Shown here one piece after another: positions 37,713 to 46,448 of a stretch of DNA of 64,000 bases. The notes beneath the pieces are model-generated. The model saw only the letters and a list, made by a program, of their open reading frames with translations. It had not been told where the DNA came from and did not search any database. Position 1 is the stretch's first letter. Each line of letters begins with the position of its first letter. The translations under genes and the position numbers were made by a program. Source of the stretch: an uncultured Acidobacteriaceae bacterium (GTDB lineage Bacteria > Acidobacteriota > Terriglobia > Terriglobales > Acidobacteriaceae); contig CAVQLZ010000019.1 in the NCBI GenBank assembly GCA_963713465.1, positions 720,945 through 784,944 of the forward strand. The letters are read 5' to 3'.

Positions 37713-39244
37713 ACAGAGGAATTGTGCCCCAGGTTCGCCTCGACAGGGTGCCCCAGGTTCACGCCCATCTTTCGGGCGCTAACCTGTGCCGTACTGCAAC
37801 TATCGCGATAATTTGCGGGCTTATGACAGCCTGCACCGTCGGGCCGAACTATCAGCGTCCGCCTGCGCCCGCGCCCGAGGCGTACAAGACGCAAGCCCCG
37901 TGGCGCGTGGCTGCTCCCAAGGATTCTTTGCCCAAAGGCGCGTGGTGGGAGGTCTTCAACGACACCGAGCTGAACGCCTATGAGCAGCAGTTGCTCGCGG
38001 CGAACCAGTCGCTGCTCGCTGCCAAAGACCGGCTGGAAGAGGCGCGATCGCTCGCGCGCGTGGCCACCGCGGCATTTTTTCCGCAGGCCAACGTCGATCC
38101 CAGCGCATCCCGCAACCGATACTCTGCCAATCGCCCGGAAGTGATCACACTGAACACCGGATCGCTCACGCAGAGCACCTACGAGGTTCCGTTCATCATG
38201 AACTGGGAGCCGGACCTGTTTGGCCGCTATCGCCGCAATCTGGAGGCGTCGAATGCAAACCTGCAAGGCACTGCCGCCGACCTGTACAACGTTAATCTGG
38301 TTTTGACCGCGGAGCTTGCCGCCGACTACTTCAGTCTTCGTGAGCTCGATGCCGAGACGCAAGTCGTAAAGGAGTCGGTCGAGATTCAGCAGAGAGGATT
38401 GCAGCTCGTCGAGTATCGGCACAACGGGGGCGTGGCTTCGGGATTGGACCTCGCGCAGCAGCAAACGCTGCTCGACTCAACTACGGCGCAGCTCTATCTG
38501 GTGCAGCAGCAGCGCGACCAGTTTGAGCATGCCATCGCGGTGCTGACGGGCAATCCGGCTTCGACCTTTAGTGTGCCGGTGCGGCCGTTGACGCTGACGC
38601 CGGTTCCGGTGCCGCTTGGGGTGCCTTCGGATTTGCTGGAGCGGCGTCCCGACATCGCTACCGCCGAGCGGCAGATGGCTTACGAAAACGCACTGGTGGG
38701 AGTGGCCAAATCTGCTTTCTATCCCCAGCTAACGCTCTCCGGAGCGGGCGGCTTTCAGAGCACCGACATCAATAATCTGATCAGCGCGCCGACCGCGATA
38801 TGGTCGCTGGGCGCCGACTTGCTCGAACCTGTCGTCAACGGCGGCCGCAACCGTGCCAACCTGGCTTACACGAGACACGTGTACGACGAGAGTGTGGCCA
38901 ACTACCGCGAAGCGGTACTGACGGCGTTTCAGCAAGTGGAAGACGGCCTTTCCGGTCTGAACGAGCTATCGCAGGCGCAGACCACGCAAAACGCCGCCGT
39001 ATCCGATGCGCGCCGCGCACTGGAGATCGCCAACAATCGCTATGTCGGCGGCGTGACCAGCTTCCTCGATGTGGTCACCGCCCAAAGCGTCTTGCTGACG
39101 AATCAACGTCTGGCCACGCAACTGATGGGACAGCAAATGGTGACCGAAGTCGCGCTCATCAAGGCCCTCGGTGGAGGCTGGGACGCGTCGCAGATCCAGA
39201 ACCAGCAAGTGCATCCGCGCGCGATCCAGGCGGTGCAGCAGTAG
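37709..39244 (+). CDS. efflux outer-membrane factor lipoprotein (NodT family)
   Basis: Lipobox LMTAC followed by VGPNYQRP. Two TolC-like repeats. ATGA overlap with the adaptor stop. Confidence 0.9.
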   Translation: MNRGIVPQVRLDRVPQVHAHLSGANLCRTATIAIICGLMTACTVGPNYQRPPAPAPEAYKTQAPWRVAAPKDSLPKGAWWEVFNDTELNAYEQQLLAANQSLLAAKDRLEEARSLARVATAAFFPQANVDPSASRNRYSANRPEVITLNTGSLTQSTYEVPFIMNWEPDLFGRYRRNLEASNANLQGTAADLYNVNLVLTAELAADYFSLRELDAETQVVKESVEIQQRGLQLVEYRHNGGVASGLDLAQQQTLLDSTTAQLYLVQQQRDQFEHAIAVLTGNPASTFSVPVRPLTLTPVPVPLGVPSDLLERRPDIATAERQMAYENALVGVAKSAFYPQLTLSGAGGFQSTDINNLISAPTAIWSLGADLLEPVVNGGRNRANLAYTRHVYDESVANYREAVLTAFQQVEDGLSGLNELSQAQTTQNAAVSDARRALEIANNRYVGGVTSFLDVVTAQSVLLTNQRLATQLMGQQMVTEVALIKALGGGWDASQIQNQQVHPRAIQAVQQ

Positions 39245-39246
39245 CG

Positions 39247-39481
39247 GCAATTAGCAGTTAGCCTGTAGCACGTAGCTGCACCCCAGCGACAAGCTACGGT
39301 TCGTATCAGGACACGGCTTCAGCCCCTGCGTACCGCAAGCCGGGGCTGAAGCCCAATTATTTTGGTAGGCTGTTCGGCACGACTGAAGTCATGCCCTGAT
39401 ACAAAGCGCACTGACCAAGGATTGCTATACGAATAAATGCTTTGGCTGAGCGCTAGCCGCTGAATGCTAAATGCTAACTGC
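39247..39481. repeat. composite repeat: heptamer arms (TTAGCAG words) flanking a family D MITE-like element (39303-39402)
   Basis: Left arm gcaattagcagttagcctgtagc. Right arm gctgaatgctaaatgctaactgc. Inner element with gtatcagg / cctgatac termini. Confidence 0.7.
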
Positions 39482-40673
39482 AGACATCCTCGTCATCGGT
39501 CTGGGCGCGGTCGGCAGCGCTGCGCTGTATCAAGCCACCAAGCTGAAGGCCCGCGCCATCGGCATCGACCGCTTCGCTCCGCCGCACGATCAGGGTTCTT
39601 CTCATGGCGAAACGCGCATCACGCGGCAGGCGATTGGCGAAGGGCGCGAGTTCGTGCCACTGGTGCTGCGCTCCAATCAGATTTGGGAGGAGCTCGAGGC
39701 CGCGACCGGGCAGAGTCTGATGACGCGCTGCGGCTGTTTGGTGTTGGCCTCGCCCGGCGCGCCCGGGCACCATCACGGCTCAACCTCTTTCCTCCAGGAC
39801 ACCATCGATGCAGCGTGTGAATTCGGTATCGCGCATGAAATCCTGACTGCGGTCGAAGTGCAGCATCGTTATCCGCAGTTTCGTTTGCGTGGTGACGAGC
39901 TCGGATACTTCGAACCCGGCGCCGGCTTCCTTCGCCCCGAAGCTTGCATCGAAGCGCAACTGGACTTAGCGCGGCAAACCGGCGCGGAGATATTGCTCAA
40001 CGAAACCGTCACCGAAATCTCGCCTGATGGTGAGACGGTCCGGGTGCGAACCGATCGCGCGACCTACTCGGCCGCTCACGTCATCGTGGCTGCCGGCGCC
40101 TGGATCCCGAAGCTGCTCGGCGATGAATACGCGCGCCTGTTTCGTATCTACCGCCAGACGCTATGCTGGTTCGCTCTGGCCTCAAACCGCGATCGCTACA
40201 GCCCGAAGAACCTTCCCGTGTTCATCTGGATCACGGGCAATCGGCCGCGCGACATGATGTATGGCTTCCCCGCCATCGATGGACCGGATGGAGGAGTGAA
40301 GATCGGCACCGAGCAATACGATGCGACCGTCGATCCGGATGCGGTGCCACGAGACGTAGCGGAGTCGGATATTGCCGTATTGTACGGCGACTATATCGCG
40401 CCGCGATTTCCCGATGTCTCCTCGAAGTGCCTGCGCAGCACCACCTGCCTGTACACCGTCACGCCCGACGCGAAGTTCATCATTGATCGGGCCCACAACC
40501 GCGACACTGTGTGGTTCGCATCGGCATGCTCCGGCCACGGCTTTAAGCACTCGGCCGCCATCGGCGAGGCACTGGCCAGCCAAGCGCTGGGCGAGCGCGC
40601 TTCGATTGACTTATCGATTTTCAGTTTGCAGCGGCTTCTGACCCCGCCAGCTGAAATCGCACCACGGACATGA
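39471..40673 (+). CDS. FAD-dependent sarcosine/N-methyltryptophan oxidase-like oxidoreductase
   Basis: DILVIGLGAVGSAA dinucleotide motif, SSHGETRI, and a C-terminal SGHGFKH. Confidence 0.8.
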   Translation: MLTADILVIGLGAVGSAALYQATKLKARAIGIDRFAPPHDQGSSHGETRITRQAIGEGREFVPLVLRSNQIWEELEAATGQSLMTRCGCLVLASPGAPGHHHGSTSFLQDTIDAACEFGIAHEILTAVEVQHRYPQFRLRGDELGYFEPGAGFLRPEACIEAQLDLARQTGAEILLNETVTEISPDGETVRVRTDRATYSAAHVIVAAGAWIPKLLGDEYARLFRIYRQTLCWFALASNRDRYSPKNLPVFIWITGNRPRDMMYGFPAIDGPDGGVKIGTEQYDATVDPDAVPRDVAESDIAVLYGDYIAPRFPDVSSKCLRSTTCLYTVTPDAKFIIDRAHNRDTVWFASACSGHGFKHSAAIGEALASQALGERASIDLSIFSLQRLLTPPAEIAPRT

Positions 40674-40693
40674 AAGCCTGGGGACTCAACCCT

Positions 40694-41545
40694 TCACGGA
40701 TTGGGCGACGCCGACGCGCTCAGGTTTCCGTGCTCGGCAAGCGCCGCCGCTTGCGCCAGGCTGATGTTGGCGGGCACCGGCTGGAACTCCGTCTTCACCT
40801 CCGTCTGGTTCTCGCTGATGGTGTGGAAGAACAGCGCCCGGCCGTGAATGTGCACATCGAGCGTTGTCACCTCCCAATCATTGGGAGCGAGCCGCGTCTG
40901 CCGGACTTTGAAGGTGCCGCCTTTATAGAGCTTGCCCAGAATGCCCCAGCCGAAATCGACGTTTTGGATCAACGTCCCGTTTATGCCGGCCAGCCGCTTC
41001 TCCGGCTGCTTGATCAATAAGTAGCCTTGCATATTATGGAAGACCTTGGCCGCGTTGGTGGGCGGCTGGAACTGCGGATTGGGCGTGAACTTCAGCCGCA
41101 CATTGCCGTCCTGCTCGCCGTCATAGGTGTAGAGGAATGCGTTGGGCAGCATCTTCATCAGGTTCTCGGCCTTCTGCCCATCGTGCTCGACTGCGGCGTG
41201 AGCTTTCTGGCGGGCTGCTTCATCGTTAATCAGCTTTTCGGTCTTCGCTTGCTGCTGTTTCTCTTCCGCCGGGGTGGGCGGCTGCCCATCGATGGAGAGC
41301 AGCCAGCTAAGCCAACACTGGGGAGTCTCGACCACGCGTGACACCTTGGTCTTGCCGTGCTCGGTATCGCTGTCGCGATACATCCAGTAGTTCTGCTGGT
41401 TATTGGCGTTCAGCTCGTTGTCGATCGTGTCTTTTACGAGCTGCTGCGGATCTTCCTGCGCCGCCAAAGCGGCGGAAGCCGCAGCCAGAAATATGACGCA
41501 AATGACGGCACGAAGCAGCGGTCGGCTTCGGGTATTCGGTCCCAT
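40694..41545 (-). CDS. hypothetical secreted protein (283 aa)
   Basis: Signal peptide. No family recognised. Confidence 0.6.
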   Translation of the reverse strand: MGPNTRSRPLLRAVICVIFLAAASAALAAQEDPQQLVKDTIDNELNANNQQNYWMYRDSDTEHGKTKVSRVVETPQCWLSWLLSIDGQPPTPAEEKQQQAKTEKLINDEAARQKAHAAVEHDGQKAENLMKMLPNAFLYTYDGEQDGNVRLKFTPNPQFQPPTNAAKVFHNMQGYLLIKQPEKRLAGINGTLIQNVDFGWGILGKLYKGGTFKVRQTRLAPNDWEVTTLDVHIHGRALFFHTISENQTEVKTEFQPVPANISLAQAAALAEHGNLSASASPNP

Positions 41546-41705
41546 ATTTACTTAGACGGGAAAGCGAGCCAGGAAGTTGACAGGTGGGAGTCTCTGCTGG
41601 CCCGGTGCTCGCGTTTGGTGGGATCGAAGCTGCTGGGCTAACATGATTCGGGCGCTCCAAGCCGCAGCTTTGTTCGATTCGCTTCAAGAAAATTGAGAGA
41701 GATTG

Positions 41706-42491
41706 ATGACCGACTTCCAGAACATCCGATTCGAAAAGAAGAACCAGATTGCCTACGTGACCGTCGACCGTCCCAAGGTGCTGAATGCGCTCAACATGGC
41801 CACCATGCAGGAGCTGAAGCACGCCTTCGCGTCCATCAAGGACGACGATGACGTTCGTGTCGTGATCCTCACCGGTGCGGGCGAAAAGGCGTTCGTGGCG
41901 GGCGCCGACATCGGCGAGCTCTCGCAACATTCGCCGGTCTCCGCCAAGGAATACACCCACAAAGGACAAGCGGTCGTCGATGCGATCGAGAACCTGGGCA
42001 AGCCCGTCATCGCCTGTGTCAACGGCTTTGCCCTCGGCGGCGGCTGCGAGCTCGCGATGGCCTGCACCATGCGCCTAGCCAGTGACAACGCCAAGCTCGG
42101 ACAGCCCGAAGTGAAGCTCGGCCTCATCCCTGGCTACGGCGGAACGCAGCGGCTGCCACGGCTGGTCGGCAAAGGTATCGCGATGCAACTGGTGCTGACG
42201 GGTGAGATGATCAGCGCGCAGGAGGCGCATCGCATCGGGTTGGTGAATGAAGTGGTTCCCGCCGGCGAGCTCATTGCGCGCGCCGAGGCGATCGCGGCCA
42301 AGATCATCGCCAACGCACCGCTGGCAATTCAATACGCGATGGAAGCGGTGAATCACGGCCTCGATCTGCCGCTGGCCGATGGACTGTTTCTGGAGGCGAC
42401 GCTGTTCGGCGTCTGCTGTGCCACCGAAGACAAGAACGAAGGCACCAAGGCCTTCCTGGAGAAAAGACAGGCGCAGTTCAAGGGGAAATAA
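41706..42491 (+). CDS. enoyl-CoA hydratase/isomerase (crotonase) family
   Basis: FVAGADI...GGGCELAMACTMR...PE..LG oxyanion-hole motifs. Confidence 0.9.
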   Translation: MTDFQNIRFEKKNQIAYVTVDRPKVLNALNMATMQELKHAFASIKDDDDVRVVILTGAGEKAFVAGADIGELSQHSPVSAKEYTHKGQAVVDAIENLGKPVIACVNGFALGGGCELAMACTMRLASDNAKLGQPEVKLGLIPGYGGTQRLPRLVGKGIAMQLVLTGEMISAQEAHRIGLVNEVVPAGELIARAEAIAAKIIANAPLAIQYAMEAVNHGLDLPLADGLFLEATLFGVCCATEDKNEGTKAFLEKRQAQFKGK

Positions 42492-42548
42492 TTAGCGCGT
42501 GCCAACTCGAGCAAGTGGTGCCCCAGAGCCTGCCTGAGCTTGTCGAAG

Positions 42549-42648
42549 GGTTCGCCTCAGGACTCTGGAGGCTAACCTGGGCAGCCGATGCGGTAACGAA
42601 TGCAAGAACCCCAGGTTCGCCCAACCGAAAGGGGCGAACTTGGGGCAC
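42549..42648. repeat. two family B hairpin units (caggttcgcc stem type)
   Basis: ccccaggttcgccc-aaccgaaag-gggcgaacttggggcac, plus a weaker upstream unit. Confidence 0.6.
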
Positions 42649-42679
42649 GAAGCGGATTTGTAACCAGCCTGACAGATCG

Positions 42680-43408
42680 CTACCAGGAGGTTAGCTTCAT
42701 CTTGTCTACCCAAACGTGATAGGGATCTTGATTGCTGTCACCGTCGAGTTGAACGGCCGCATTCATCTCGGAAGAGTTCACGCCTTCGGCGGCATAGGTG
42801 CGATTGACGTAATGCAGATTGCCGTTCATTGACACCGAGACGAACTTGGTCGATCCGTCATTGTTACGCAGGAACTGCAGCACCACATGGTTCCACGAGT
42901 AAGCGTGCATCACGCAGGACAATCCAGTGTGTTGCCACTGGTCGTGAACGGCATCGGAAACCTGCCAGGTGTTCTGGTATTGACCGCGCCCATCGCATTC
43001 CGTCAGGAAATAGTTCTTCTTGCCGGCGTGGGAATAGAACACATCCATCTCCAGCCCTTGTATAACGCCGGGATCAGTCACGTACACGTAGAAGTCCAGG
43101 GTGAAATTTTTGGCCGTGGTGTTGGGCGTGAGAGCCTTGAAGAAGAGCACGTTGGAATAGTTATGATTGCCGTCGGTGGTCTTGCCCAAGTAAAACTCTC
43201 CCGTCTTCGCATCCATTGACGGATTCGATTCGTGCTGGTGCATCCAATGCTGATCAGGATGGCCGTGACCTCCCGGTCCGGCGCAGGTATCGCAACTGGT
43301 CCATCCGGACATGTTCTGAATGTCGGTAGCTACTTGCTGGTCATTGGCGGCGAAGCTGAGCGTTGAGAGAAAAAGTGCGAAGCCGATAATGGAAAAGAGT
43401 CGTTGCAA
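42680..43408 (-). CDS. hypothetical secreted protein (242 aa, beta-rich)
   Basis: Signal peptide. No family recognised. Confidence 0.6.
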   Translation of the reverse strand: MQRLFSIIGFALFLSTLSFAANDQQVATDIQNMSGWTSCDTCAGPGGHGHPDQHWMHQHESNPSMDAKTGEFYLGKTTDGNHNYSNVLFFKALTPNTTAKNFTLDFYVYVTDPGVIQGLEMDVFYSHAGKKNYFLTECDGRGQYQNTWQVSDAVHDQWQHTGLSCVMHAYSWNHVVLQFLRNNDGSTKFVSVSMNGNLHYVNRTYAAEGVNSSEMNAAVQLDGDSNQDPYHVWVDKMKLTSW

Positions 43409-43813
43409 AGTTCACTCCAGGGAAAAAATTTGGAGGGCCATGCCAGGCAGCAGTTTTGCCCTCGAAAGTGACTCTAGAGAGCCATCTACTCTGGCTCAAT
43501 GAGGGATAAGGCTTAGTTGCGAAGATTTGCGGTACTCTGCAGATTCAATGGGTTGAGAGACTACATAGTTCCATATCGCCTGCTATCAACCGGTTAGAGC
43601 ACCTGGTGAGAGACTTCTTCTTGCCTCCTGAATTTCACTTAGTACTTCTTACTGACTAGCTTCTAAGGAAACAAGGAATTTCATCGTTGGCACCGCGGAA
43701 AGATCAGCCACAGCAACCCTGTATCGCTGTCCAATTCAAGATAGCTTTGAACCTTGCCGAGTCGAGACCCTGCGGTCCGGAGACGCAACGCCGCGAACCG
43801 TTACAATAAACTC

Positions 43814-44854
43814 ATGATTCGCTCGATTGTGTTTCCTCGCGTCCTCGGACGATCGCTGGACGACTTACAGCCTGCGCTGGAGTTGTTTCGCGCCCTGGGA
43901 TTCGCGCCGGGCAACGAGTGGCATGAGGGCGGTAATCACGGGGTCGAGATGCTTGCGCCCGCCGGTGGTATTGAGTTTATCGCCGCCCCCGACGCGCCCA
44001 GCGTGGACGCGATGGTGGAAGTTTCCGATGCGGATGCGGCCTACGAGATCGTGAAGAAGCTGGATCCAAGGCCGCCGCCAAAATCAGGCGACAGGGATGG
44101 GGCAATCGACAACCCACTCATCACAAAACCGCGGATGAGTGGGGCACCCGGAGTCAAGATTACCAAGGAGATTGCTGATACTCCGTATGGTGCGCGGCTG
44201 TTTGAAGTTGAGGCCGGCGGACTGCGTATCGGCTTTCTCACCTATGCAAAAGAATCCGACGCTGGCGGCCTGGAAGGAAAACTTGATGCCAGCGGGAAGA
44301 GGTTCGCATTGGTCGTGAGCCGCTTTAATTCCTTCATCACCGAGCGCCTGCTGGATGGCGCGTTGCGGGCGCTGCGGCAGTGCGGAGCAAAAGCCGACGA
44401 CATTGAGGTTGCCCACGTGCCGGGAGCGTTCGAAATTCCTGCCGCCGCTCGGCAGCTCGCCGCAACCGGAAGCTACGACGCGATCGTCTGCATCGGATGC
44501 CTGCTGCGCGGCGACACCTTGCATTACGAAGTCATTGCCAACGAAGTCACGCGCGGCGTGGGACAGTCGGCGCAGGAGACCGGAGTACCGCACGCCTTTG
44601 GCGTTCTCACCTGCGACACGCTGGAACAGGCGATTGATCGCGCCGGGCTGAAGGCCGGCAACAAAGGATACGAGGCCGGATTGGCGGCGGTGGAGATGGC
44701 GTCGCTGCGAAAGGCACTTCTGAAAAAGAAGCGTTCGAGCAGGACGAGGCGAACCGCAGATCCCTCGGCTCCGTCCGCCAAGGCGAACTCCGCTCGGGAT
44801 GACAAATCGCCTGACGCAACGCCAACGGCGCACGCGACGGATGGCAGCCGATGA
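43814..44854 (+). CDS. ribH: VOC(glyoxalase-like)-domain / 6,7-dimethyl-8-ribityllumazine synthase fusion ORF
   Basis: The C-terminal 150 or so aa are clear RibH (RFALVVSRFNSFITERLLDGA...HVPGAFEIP...HYEVIANEV...GVLT...QAIDRAG.KAGNKG.EA). The N-terminal 150 or so aa resemble a VOC fold. No canonical start codon precedes the RibH part. Confidence 0.75.
   Translation: MIRSIVFPRVLGRSLDDLQPALELFRALGFAPGNEWHEGGNHGVEMLAPAGGIEFIAAPDAPSVDAMVEVSDADAAYEIVKKLDPRPPPKSGDRDGAIDNPLITKPRMSGAPGVKITKEIADTPYGARLFEVEAGGLRIGFLTYAKESDAGGLEGKLDASGKRFALVVSRFNSFITERLLDGALRALRQCGAKADDIEVAHVPGAFEIPAAARQLAATGSYDAIVCIGCLLRGDTLHYEVIANEVTRGVGQSAQETGVPHAFGVLTCDTLEQAIDRAGLKAGNKGYEAGLAAVEMASLRKALLKKKRSSRTRRTADPSAPSAKANSARDDKSPDATPTAHATDGSR
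44113..44149. repeat. family B hairpin + GGGGCACCC unit inside the VOC-RibH ORF
   Basis: cccactcatc-acaaaaccgcg-gatgagtggggcaccc, translated in frame as NPLITKPRMSGAP. Confidence 0.7.
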
Positions 44855-45276
44855 CGAAGATCGGCACTCGTCGCAAGTCGCGCGAACTCACTCTGCAAAT
44901 GCTATTTCAACTGGACCTGGGGCGGCAGGAGCGCGATCAGGTGCGGCAAACCTTTTGGAGTGAGCGCAAGGACCTCGACGAGAAGATTCGCGGCTTCTCC
45001 GACGACCTGTTTCGCGTTGCCTGCGAGCGGCGCGAGGAGATCGATAAGCTGATCGAGCACCACGCCGAGCATTGGCGCATGGAACGCATGGCTGCCGTCG
45101 ATCGCAACCTGCTCCGCACCAGCGTCGCCGAGTTCCTGGGATTTCCCAAGACGCCCAAAGCGGTGGTGATCAACGAGGCGCTGGAAATCGCGCGTCGCTA
45201 TTCGACGCCCGAGTCCGTCAACTTCATCAATGGCGTGCTCGACAGCGTGGCGCGAGAGCTGAAGAAAAGTGGTTAG
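44851..45276 (+). CDS. nusB: transcription antitermination factor NusB
   Basis: RRKSRELTLQMLFQ N-terminus and the conserved ribH-nusB adjacency. ATGA overlap with the ribH ORF stop. Confidence 0.9.
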   Translation: MTKIGTRRKSRELTLQMLFQLDLGRQERDQVRQTFWSERKDLDEKIRGFSDDLFRVACERREEIDKLIEHHAEHWRMERMAAVDRNLLRTSVAEFLGFPKTPKAVVINEALEIARRYSTPESVNFINGVLDSVARELKKSG

Positions 45277-45376
45277 TGGATAGTGATTAACGGATAGTGG
45301 TGGTAGATACAGAAGCGGGCTTAACCGACATCGCTGGTAATGGCCAGGGCATTATCCATTATTCGTTATTCACTGC
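45269..45376. repeat. heptamer-arm inverted repeat (GGATAGT words) between convergent genes
   Basis: gtggttagtggatagtgattaacggatagtgg / ccattatccattattcgttattcac. The arms overlap both stop codons. Confidence 0.7.
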
Positions 45377-45809
45377 TTCTATGCAGCTTCTTCAAGTGCA
45401 ACTCCGAACCGTTGTGCCGATAGCCGACCTCATCCATCAGACTCCGCATCAGCAGAATGCCGCGGCCGTGTTGAGTGAGGTTGGTGCCGTCCTCGGCTTC
45501 ATCGGCCGCGCTGGAGGTGTCAAAACCCTCGCCGGGATCGCGAACGATGAACGCGATTGCCGAAGGGCTGATCTCCACCCAGCAGTGGACGAACTTGCCG
45601 GCATCGTTTTTGCAGCCGTGCAGAATGGCATTCGCCAGCGCCTCTTGCAACGCCAGTTGGATATCGATCTCCTGTTGCTCGTCAGCGCAGTGCTCGTGGA
45701 CGAAGTCCATGATGGCGTTGCGACCGGGCATCAGCGCGTCCAGATTGCCCTTGAGCACAAAGTCGCGGGAGAGCGTCTGCTGCTCCACCGATCGCCGGGC
45801 TTCCTGCAC
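45366..45809 (-). CDS. anti-sigma regulatory factor (RsbW/SpoIIAB-like Ser kinase, HATPase)
   Basis: EALANAILHG N box and DPGEGFD G1 box. It lies adjacent to a STAS gene. Confidence 0.8.
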   Translation of the reverse strand: MQEARRSVEQQTLSRDFVLKGNLDALMPGRNAIMDFVHEHCADEQQEIDIQLALQEALANAILHGCKNDAGKFVHCWVEISPSAIAFIVRDPGEGFDTSSAADEAEDGTNLTQHGRGILLMRSLMDEVGYRHNGSELHLKKLHRSSE

Positions 45810-45821
45810 AGGCCTCCTTGC

Positions 45822-46175
45822 TCAAGCCGTCATGGACTGCCATTCGAGCGAGCTGCAATCGGCAGCGCCCTCGGCGCCGCACAGATGCAGCACCCGATCC
45901 AGGCTGGTCAGCGCGATCAGCTTGTATGCCGGCGGCGATGGGTTCGCAATCGTCAATGTAGCAGACCGCTGCTGCGCCCACCGATGCAAGGTTACCAGCA
46001 CGCCGAGGCCTGCGGCGTCGATGCAAGAGACGCGGCTCAACTCCAGCAGGAGATGCCGCTCGCTGCGTGCTGTCGCCATGCAGCGCAGCGTCTCCGCTTC
46101 CACTCCCAGGACAATGCGGCCGGAGCAGACGAGGGTCACGACGGGGGGCGCGCTCTGGATATCGACTTTCAGCAT
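45822..46175 (-). CDS. STAS-domain anti-sigma-factor antagonist
   Basis: L.L..V..IDAAGLGVLV pattern. The start is uncertain (ATG 46175 or TTG 46187). Confidence 0.75.
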   Translation of the reverse strand: MLKVDIQSAPPVVTLVCSGRIVLGVEAETLRCMATARSERHLLLELSRVSCIDAAGLGVLVTLHRWAQQRSATLTIANPSPPAYKLIALTSLDRVLHLCGAEGAADCSSLEWQSMTA

Positions 46176-46448
46176 AAGTTTCCACAAGCTCCCTTACCCA
46201 TGGATACGTCAGGGCAGAGCCAGTTGTTTCAATTAGATTAGCCTTTCAGTGCCAGTATGACGAAGTTGGATTGCAGGAAGATGAATATTGGGTACGAGCT
46301 GTAGAGAACAGGGGCGGAGGTGGTCATCTGGCATTGACCACTTCCGCCCTTGACCACTTCCACCCTGGCTCTAGCAATGGGTTCGGCCGTGACGCCCGCC
46401 TGAAGGCCGCGGCTCGCGAATCACCGCTGAGAGGGGGAGCCGAACTCT

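Noticed and set aside
43590-43612. tRNA-like fragment ggttagagcacctggtgagag in the AT-rich region upstream of ribH. It could be a possible att-site remnant.
   Set aside because: No acceptor stem, anticodon stem or T-arm can be drawn. The core gcacctggtgagag also occurs at 11647-11661 next to family B repeats, so it is probably part of a dispersed repeat and not a tRNA relic.
43409-43813. FMN (RFN) riboswitch upstream of ribH.
   Set aside because: I could not find the conserved RFN core segments by eye. The region is AT-rich, whereas the RFN core is GC-rich. An Infernal scan would be needed to exclude it formally.
45269-45376. The idea that arm mismatches in the heptamer hairpins are G-U compensations proving RNA-level function on the transcribed strand.
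   Set aside because: At 45269-45376 most mismatches are transitions that would read as G-U on the plus strand. The analogous G-T mismatches at 22088-22230 and 33009-33115 also favour the plus strand, although the adjacent genes there are on the minus strand. The pattern is therefore not consistently linked to transcription direction and may just reflect transition bias.
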